Below the pieces are notes generated by a model that saw nothing but the letters and a program-made list of their open reading frames with translations, ran no database searches and had not been told where the DNA came from. From assembly GCA_013202955.1 (NCBI GenBank), contig JABMPP010000111.1:1-54307 (forward strand): a DNA stretch of 54,307 bases, read 5' to 3'. This DNA is from Candidatus Woesearchaeota archaeon (lineage in GTDB: Archaea > Nanobdellota > Nanobdellia > Woesearchaeales > JABMPP01). Both the position numbers and the translations under genes were made by a program. Shown here piece by piece: positions 49,109 to 54,307 of the stretch (position 1 is its first letter; each line of letters begins with the position of its first letter).

Positions 49109-50506
49109 ATGAAGATAAATAAGAATCAGTTAATATGGGGATTGATTGGAGTTATTCTGATTATTTTTCTTTTTACTGTTAAAGATAAGATAACAAATTA
49201 TTCATTAAACACTGATGAGAATTCATATTTTTACATGGGAAAAGCTATTTCTGAAGGAAGATTCCCTTATGGAGATTTCTTTTTTGCGCATCCTCCTGTT
49301 CATGCCTATATTTCAGGAATAGTGTTTAAGATATTTGGGTTTAATTTTACAGCATTAAAACTTGTTCCTGTTATTGCTGTGTTAATATCAGCGTTTTTTA
49401 TATTCAGAATTGTGGGCGAAAAGTTTGATAAAACAAAAGCAATACTTGCTGTTATACTGTTTTTATTTCAGTATAATCTTTTAAGAGTAAGCACTCAGTC
49501 AGCTGGAATAAACTTAACTGTTATGTTTCTTGTTATCTCAACATATTATTTGTTTAAAGAAAAATACATTTTAAGTGGAGTGTTTGCTGGATTCGCCGGG
49601 ATAACTGGGTTGTATTCACTTGTTTTTCCTGTTGTTATTGGTTTATATCTTTTATTTTCCAAGAACAAAAAGGATATTTTTAGGTTTGGTTTGGGTTTTT
49701 GTTTGATATTTGTGCTGGTTAACTTGTTCTTCCTTATTTCTTACAAAGCAGATTATTTTGAATCAGTTTATGAGTTCCATCTTAAAAAGCCAAAGTCAGA
49801 ATTATCTCCTTTTTATAGATTTAGCATATTATCAGTTGCTTTTCAGTTGAACATATTTTTGTTTTTATCTGCAATAACAATATTTTTTACAAAGCATTGG
49901 AAAAAACTAAAGCATTTGATATTTGTCTCAACTGGATTTATTTTATTTCTTGTAGCACTTCCAAGAGCATTTCTGTTTTATTATGTGCTTATTTTCCCAT
50001 TCCTAGCCATCTTAGGAAGCATTGGATTCACTGAAGTGATAAAGAAGAAGCCATTACAGAAATATAGAAAAGTGTTGATTGGTTTGTTTATGATAATTAT
50101 TATTTTGTTTTCTGTAACAAAATTCAACAGGGATTATGTAGAGTATGATCAGACAATGATACAAGAAATGGCAGATTATATAGAGGTTAATTCAGCTGAA
50201 GATGATTTAATTTTTGGTGATTATTATGTTGTTCCTTTGTTAGCTTTGATAGCAGACAGAGATCTTGCGTTTGACATGGCTGACACTAATTATATGAGAT
50301 TCAAGTCAGGAATAACAAATATTAATGATACAATAAAAGAGTTAAAGCAAGAAGAGAGATTAAAGTTTGTGGTAATAGAGCCAAAAAGAGATCTTGCTTA
50401 TCTTGAGGACTTTGTTGCTGGGTTTCTGAAAACAAACTGCGAACTCCTAAAAATATTTAAAGCAGATAACTTTGGAGAGTATTATGTTTTTGATTGTAAA
50501 ATATAG
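49109..50506 (+). CDS. ArnT/PMT-like (GT39/GT83-type) membrane glycosyltransferase
   Basis: 465 aa and polytopic. The first loop carries DENSYFYMGKAISEG..PYGDFFFAHPP, typical of dolichyl/undecaprenyl-phosphate-sugar-dependent GT-C enzymes. Confidence 0.6.
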   Translation: MKINKNQLIWGLIGVILIIFLFTVKDKITNYSLNTDENSYFYMGKAISEGRFPYGDFFFAHPPVHAYISGIVFKIFGFNFTALKLVPVIAVLISAFFIFRIVGEKFDKTKAILAVILFLFQYNLLRVSTQSAGINLTVMFLVISTYYLFKEKYILSGVFAGFAGITGLYSLVFPVVIGLYLLFSKNKKDIFRFGLGFCLIFVLVNLFFLISYKADYFESVYEFHLKKPKSELSPFYRFSILSVAFQLNIFLFLSAITIFFTKHWKKLKHLIFVSTGFILFLVALPRAFLFYYVLIFPFLAILGSIGFTEVIKKKPLQKYRKVLIGLFMIIIILFSVTKFNRDYVEYDQTMIQEMADYIEVNSAEDDLIFGDYYVVPLLALIADRDLAFDMADTNYMRFKSGITNINDTIKELKQEERLKFVVIEPKRDLAYLEDFVAGFLKTNCELLKIFKADNFGEYYVFDCKI

Positions 50507-50511
50507 TATAG

Positions 50512-50739
50512 GTGATTATTATGAAATTTATTATGAAATTAAAACAACTGGCACTCAAACCAATAAAAATGAAACATATTGAGTTAAATTTTATTATTGC
50601 TGTTACTCTTTTATCCACAGCATTTCTAATAAAAGTATGGCCCAGATTCAGAAATGACGCAATGGAGTTTCCTTTGTATGGATATTTGATTCTAATAGCC
50701 TTCTTCTCAATTATGTGGTATATGGTAAGAAAAAGTTAA
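50512..50739 (+). CDS. Small two-TM membrane protein
   Basis: 75-aa ORF with two hydrophobic helices. The real start may be an internal Met. Confidence 0.35.
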   Translation: MIIMKFIMKLKQLALKPIKMKHIELNFIIAVTLLSTAFLIKVWPRFRNDAMEFPLYGYLILIAFFSIMWYMVRKS

Positions 50740-50810
50740 GCCTCCGCCGAGAATCGAACTCGGGACCTCGGCATTACCAATGCCGCGCTATGCCGCTAAG
50801 CCACGGAGGC
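50739..50810 (-). tRNA. tRNA-Thr (anticodon GGU)
   Basis: Hand-folded. Acceptor GCCTCCG/CGGAGGC; anticodon stem CGGCA/TGCCG with loop TTGGTAA. T arm CCGAG-TTCGATT-CTCGG; discriminator U. Confidence 0.9.
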
Positions 50811-50865
50811 ATGATTATGATTGTTTTTCTTGTTTTGTGTGCTTGACTGACCGAAGGGAAGGAAA

Positions 50866-50921
50866 CACACTTCAGTGTGAACTGACGAAACAGTTCCGCT
50901 ATTCCGCTAAGCCACGGAGGC
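50866..50921 (-). pseudogene. tRNA-Thr-derived 5' fragment (acceptor-5' strand plus D arm copy) followed by two hairpins
   Basis: The 25 nt at 50897-50921 match 50786-50810 of the intact tRNA-Thr with one mismatch. This is followed by GAACTG-TTTCGT-CAGTTC and CACAC-TGAA-GTGTG hairpins. No T arm or 3' acceptor strand is present. Confidence 0.6.
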
Positions 50922-51048
50922 GTGTTTTAATTGAAATTTAGTCTAGTTTTTAAGCTTTTTTAAAATAAAGAATATAATTAATCATAATGTGATTGTCTGT
51001 AATACTCCAAAAATCCAAAATATGGTGTTTTTGTTTTTCATTTTAATC

Positions 51049-52677
51049 TTAGTCACCAACTGTTCCATGTTCACTGGGATTTTCATCTTCATCCACCACA
51101 TTTACAAAATCATCAACAGGTGGAGATACATCCTCCTTATCTTTTGGTGGCTTATCTATTTGATTTTCACCACCTTCTTTAATTATATCATTAATCCCAT
51201 CTTCAACTATCATTCCTTCATCAACAACATTATTATTTCCCTCATTACTCCCTCCAGCCACATCAGTTTCAATCTCAGGGGTTAAACCATCATCTCCATT
51301 ATTATTTCCAACATCCATTTCATTCTTAATTTCAAGAGTTAAACCTCCAGTTCCTTCCCCATCTTTTGCTATCTCTGTTTTAATCTCCCAGGTTAAATCA
51401 TCATCACCCCCCTCATTCCCAACTGGGTGATCTACAACCCAACCTTTAATATTTTCTTCAACTTCTCCAATTTCTCCTTTTACTTCCAAAATCTTAGTTT
51501 GTTCTAAACTTCCATTAATATCAATTTGATGTTGTTCAGAACTATTTTCAAATTCATTTATAATATTATCAATCTCTTTTCCAATAAGATAATTTATTAA
51601 CCCTTCTTCATTCCAAACAATAGTAATTTCTCCGCATTTTTCTTCTAAAAAATTATTGTTTTCATCATAGCATTGAGGAATGGATTCTTGCATTGTTGGT
51701 TCCTTATCTTTAGGTTCTCCGCATTTTTCTTCTAAAAAATTACCATCTTTATCCCAACATTTCGAACTCGTTTCTTTCATATGCCTATATTGTTCACACT
51801 CAGGCTTGTTATTTTCATTATAACAACCTGGAGGAACATCTGATTTTTTTATATTATAATCAATCATATAAGATTTTTTTCTAAATAAATTAATCAAAAA
51901 ATCAGGAACAAAACTTTCTGCAAAATCATCTCCTTTAACTGGTCCCATGGATTTTAATTCACTGCAAGCATTTTCATCATCTTTGTATTCGCATTTAACA
52001 GCAAGTGCAACCATTTTTTCACATTTTGCCTTTTGCCCAATATCAACATTATCCTCACAATTACATGTTCCTGGATCATCTATACAACTTCGAATATCTA
52101 ACATTAATTGAACAAATAATTCTTCTTGAAGATTTTTTAACTCTTTTAATTCTTCTTCAAGTCCTGAAATAGCAGTATCTGGGTTACATTGTTCTTCTTG
52201 TAACATTAAAGTATAATCTTCACTTGCAAGTTCTTTACACCATTCAAATGTTTTTTTAATAAGTTCTGCTGTAAGCTGTGTTTTTTCCTCCTCTAAAACA
52301 TAAACTTCAAAATTATCTGAAAGATCTTCTTTATCTTTTATTTTATTGACAATCTCATCAACACTTTCTTTAACTTCATCAGCAACATCTAACGAAATTT
52401 TTTCTCTCACAACTTGAAGTTTTTTATGTGCTCTCTCAAGATTTTTAATCGCATCTTTTTCGTTCTGATTTTGAGAATTACTTATTGCTGAATCTATTTC
52501 TTTTTCTCTAATCTCTAAAGCTAACTTAACTTTATTATTCCCAGAAGCAAAAAACATTTTGACATCATTTGTAAACCTATTAAACCCAGAATAAGTTTGA
52601 GCTTGTTCCTTAGCTAAGATTAAAGGAGAAACTAAAAGAATTCCTAATAAAAGTAAAATTATCACACTCTTTTTCAT
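51049..52677 (-). CDS. Secreted acidic coiled-coil/Cys-rich repeat protein
   Basis: Signal peptide MKKSVIILLLLGILLVSPLILA. Contains an internal NFLEEKCGE repeat (28-nt identical DNA copies). Also has three [DG][DG]LT.EI.[TN][ED] repeats and a D/E/N/G-rich tail. Confidence 0.7.
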   Translation of the reverse strand: MKKSVIILLLLGILLVSPLILAKEQAQTYSGFNRFTNDVKMFFASGNNKVKLALEIREKEIDSAISNSQNQNEKDAIKNLERAHKKLQVVREKISLDVADEVKESVDEIVNKIKDKEDLSDNFEVYVLEEEKTQLTAELIKKTFEWCKELASEDYTLMLQEEQCNPDTAISGLEEELKELKNLQEELFVQLMLDIRSCIDDPGTCNCEDNVDIGQKAKCEKMVALAVKCEYKDDENACSELKSMGPVKGDDFAESFVPDFLINLFRKKSYMIDYNIKKSDVPPGCYNENNKPECEQYRHMKETSSKCWDKDGNFLEEKCGEPKDKEPTMQESIPQCYDENNNFLEEKCGEITIVWNEEGLINYLIGKEIDNIINEFENSSEQHQIDINGSLEQTKILEVKGEIGEVEENIKGWVVDHPVGNEGGDDDLTWEIKTEIAKDGEGTGGLTLEIKNEMDVGNNNGDDGLTPEIETDVAGGSNEGNNNVVDEGMIVEDGINDIIKEGGENQIDKPPKDKEDVSPPVDDFVNVVDEDENPSEHGTVGD

Positions 52678-52854
52678 AATGTTTGTTATAAATAAAACAC
52701 ATATATAAATTTATCTTTTAGGTGTGATAGCTGTAATAAAAGGGAATAAAATAGGAGCATTTAAAAAGGGGGCATTTATACTACATATATCAGAACTTTG
52801 ACTTACAAATTTGTTAGGCTATTTCTGAGAATAAATAAGATGGAGGTAAAAAAA

Positions 52855-53046
52855 ATGAATGGAACAGTAAAATTTTTCAATGAAATGAAAGGATTTGGAT
52901 TTATTGCTGCTGACGATGGAAAAGAAGTTTTCGTACACAAGTCATCCCTAGATGAAGGAATAACTTTAAATGAAAACGACGCAGTTACATTTGATGTAGA
53001 AGAAGGAGATAGAGGTCCAAAAGCAGTTAATGTGAAAAAGGCATAA
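52855..53046 (+). CDS. Cold-shock-domain (CspA-family) protein
   Basis: [17 protein letters not shown] (RNP1 KGFGFI) and VFVHKSS (RNP2). GGAGGT lies 7 nt upstream of the ATG at 52855. The track start at 52798 is an upstream TTG. Confidence 0.9.
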   Translation: MNGTVKFFNEMKGFGFIAADDGKEVFVHKSSLDEGITLNENDAVTFDVEEGDRGPKAVNVKKA

Positions 53047-53204
53047 TTAAAGCTTGTTGAGTTGAAAACTAACTAGAATCACAATGCACTTGCTAAACAA
53101 AAGTTTTTTTGAGTTTAATTCTTTTTTCTAAACTTTATTTAACATGTATTACACTTAAGTAGAATTAAATATGTAAAGAAGAATTTATTACAGATTAGTG
53201 TCTC

Positions 53205-53633
53205 TTAATCAAAATAATCTTCATACGAGAAATTAGTCTTTCTTCCTTCAAAAGTGCAATTTCCTTGTTCATCAATTATATTCCCATACAAAAATTCTCT
53301 AAATTCATTCCTTAATGAAGCACAATCAGTACACCTTCTAAAATCAGTTCCAATCTCAACTTCAAATTCTTTATCATTAATTTTTGTTAATTTGTTTGGC
53401 ACTGCTGCCCTATTCTTGAAATAACCATAAATAGTATCTATAAACCTAGAATCATTGTTGAATGCATCTGACAAAGTAATTCTTAAAACACATTTTTTAG
53501 GAGCTGTAAAACTTACTATTTCTCTTCTTATCTTCATGCATCTCTGAGACTGCATCTTTTTTTTATTTTCTTCATTTATAACAGCTAGTTGCTCAGGAAG
53601 TTTTATACTACCATCTGGATTGAATTTTACCAT
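53205..53633 (-). CDS. Hypothetical protein
   Basis: 142-aa ORF with ordinary composition and a few Cys residues (CTDC). No recognised domain. Confidence 0.5.
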   Translation of the reverse strand: MVKFNPDGSIKLPEQLAVINEENKKKMQSQRCMKIRREIVSFTAPKKCVLRITLSDAFNNDSRFIDTIYGYFKNRAAVPNKLTKINDKEFEVEIGTDFRRCTDCASLRNEFREFLYGNIIDEQGNCTFEGRKTNFSYEDYFD

Positions 53634-53769
53634 TTAGAAATGTCGAGTCTGTTTGTTAATAAAATTATTTGTTTTTTTAGAAAGTGTGAGGGAGAGGACT
53701 TTTGAACTGTGGATCACTTTAACAATAAAATAATAAAGATTTATAAGTAAAAGTATATTCTCAAAAAAT

Positions 53770-54135
53770 ATGGAACTTACTGAGTTAGAAGAGATTTTCA
53801 AAGGAAAAGAAGGATGTCCTATCGAAGTTAAACATACTAATGAAGAAGAGTTTCTCCAAGGAATATATTATGGAAGAAAAGAAGAGTGTTTTACAGTTGC
53901 TTGGAGAGAAAACAATAAATTGATTGTTGGAGTTAATGCTCAACTTGACGATGGATTTTCTATTGTTAATGTTGAAAATGATAATATTTATGTACAATAT
54001 TATGTACAAAGAGGTGGCCTTCATCTTACACCAAAAGTCAATAATAACCGTAAGCTTCTTACAGCTTCAGCAATAAAATTGTTAGAAGAAAAATATATTG
54101 AATTGGACACAATGTTTAAAAAACATAGTAGATAA
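53770..54135 (+). CDS. Hypothetical protein
   Basis: 121-aa ORF with no recognised domain. Confidence 0.45.
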   Translation: MELTELEEIFKGKEGCPIEVKHTNEEEFLQGIYYGRKEECFTVAWRENNKLIVGVNAQLDDGFSIVNVENDNIYVQYYVQRGGLHLTPKVNNNRKLLTASAIKLLEEKYIELDTMFKKHSR

Positions 54136-54186
54136 TGAAATTATAGATATATTTCTAGTTAAAAAGATTTTTAGAAAAATATAAAA

Positions 54187-54303
54187 TGCGAGGGAAGGGA
54201 TTTGAACCCCCGGACCCACTAAGGGACAGGATATCTTAGCCAAGCTTCAAGCAAGGCTGTCCTCTTAAGTCCTGCGCGTTTGACCAGACTTCGCTACCCT
54301 CGC
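54187..54303 (-). tRNA. tRNA-Leu (anticodon UAA) with 31-nt intron at the canonical 37/38 position
   Basis: Hand-folded. Acceptor GCGAGGG/CCCTCGC; D region GCGAAGTCTGGTCAAACGC. Anticodon stem CAGGA...TCCTG with loop CTTAAG|intron|A. The intron at 54233-54263 contains an AGCC...GGCT helix. Long variable arm; T loop TTCAAAT; discriminator A. The mature length is 86 nt. Confidence 0.85.
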
Positions 54304-54307
54304 AATT

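Noticed and set aside
50866-50921. A functional Nanoarchaeum-style split-tRNA 5' half.
   Set aside because: Known 5' halves end at position 37 and are followed by a GC-rich trans-pairing sequence. Here the anticodon-like stem is closed locally by its own 3' strand, with a 6- or 8-nt loop, and no complementary 3' half is visible in the window. It is kept as a finding but not called a tRNA gene.
50989-51285. 98-aa plus-strand ORF overlapping the 3' end of 51049..52677.
   Set aside because: It is antisense to the D/E/N/G-rich tail of a signal-peptide-bearing protein. The product is an Ile/Phe/Asn low-complexity string.

Overview
This is an AT-rich archaeal chromosome segment. The archaeal call rests on a TFB gene, an archaeal-type AMP phosphorylase, a tRNA-Leu with a canonical 37/38 intron, and GGTGA/GGAGGT Shine-Dalgarno-like motifs before many starts. 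It probably comes from a small-genome, uncultivated, DPANN-like archaeon, but that taxon call is inference. All domain calls were made by eye from motifs; no database search was run.

Ordinary genes include metG, fused guaA, a deoA-like AMP phosphorylase, tfb, cyclophilin, a HemK-like methyltransferase, HAD hydrolase, MazG, flavin reductase, an AI-2E transporter, a GT39-like glycosyltransferase, a cold-shock-domain protein, a RelE-type toxin-antitoxin pair and four tRNAs (Ser-GGA, Val-GAC, Thr-GGU, Leu-UAA).

The main feature is a roughly 27-kb, same-strand, almost gap-free gene array at 6744-33960. It opens with a winged-helix regulator sitting behind five [A/T]GTTCA boxes phased at exactly 21 nt. 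It then encodes:
- a Cys-rich BNR/Asp-box propeller protein;
- an 80-aa secreted mini-paralog;
- four giant secreted Cys-rich, Ig/PKD/cadherin-like proteins of about 1400-2070 aa, with large internal duplications and a motif-level shared C-terminal core in three of them;
- two paralogous large proteins (733 and 630 aa) with archaeal class III (type IV pilin-like, K/R-G/A-Q) signal peptides;
- a polytopic membrane protein;
- a 48-aa ribbon-helix-helix ORF missing from the ORF track, coupled to the next gene by an ATGA overlap.

No enzyme, ATPase or mobile-element gene is visible in the array. I interpret it as a candidate undescribed pilin-anchored giant-adhesin or cell-surface (possibly host-contact) apparatus.

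Smaller oddities:
- a helically phased TTTCAGAAA array;
- a duplicated 18-nt promoter element;
- a tRNA-Val with C33;
- a 25-nt copy of the tRNA-Thr 5' end next to the intact gene.
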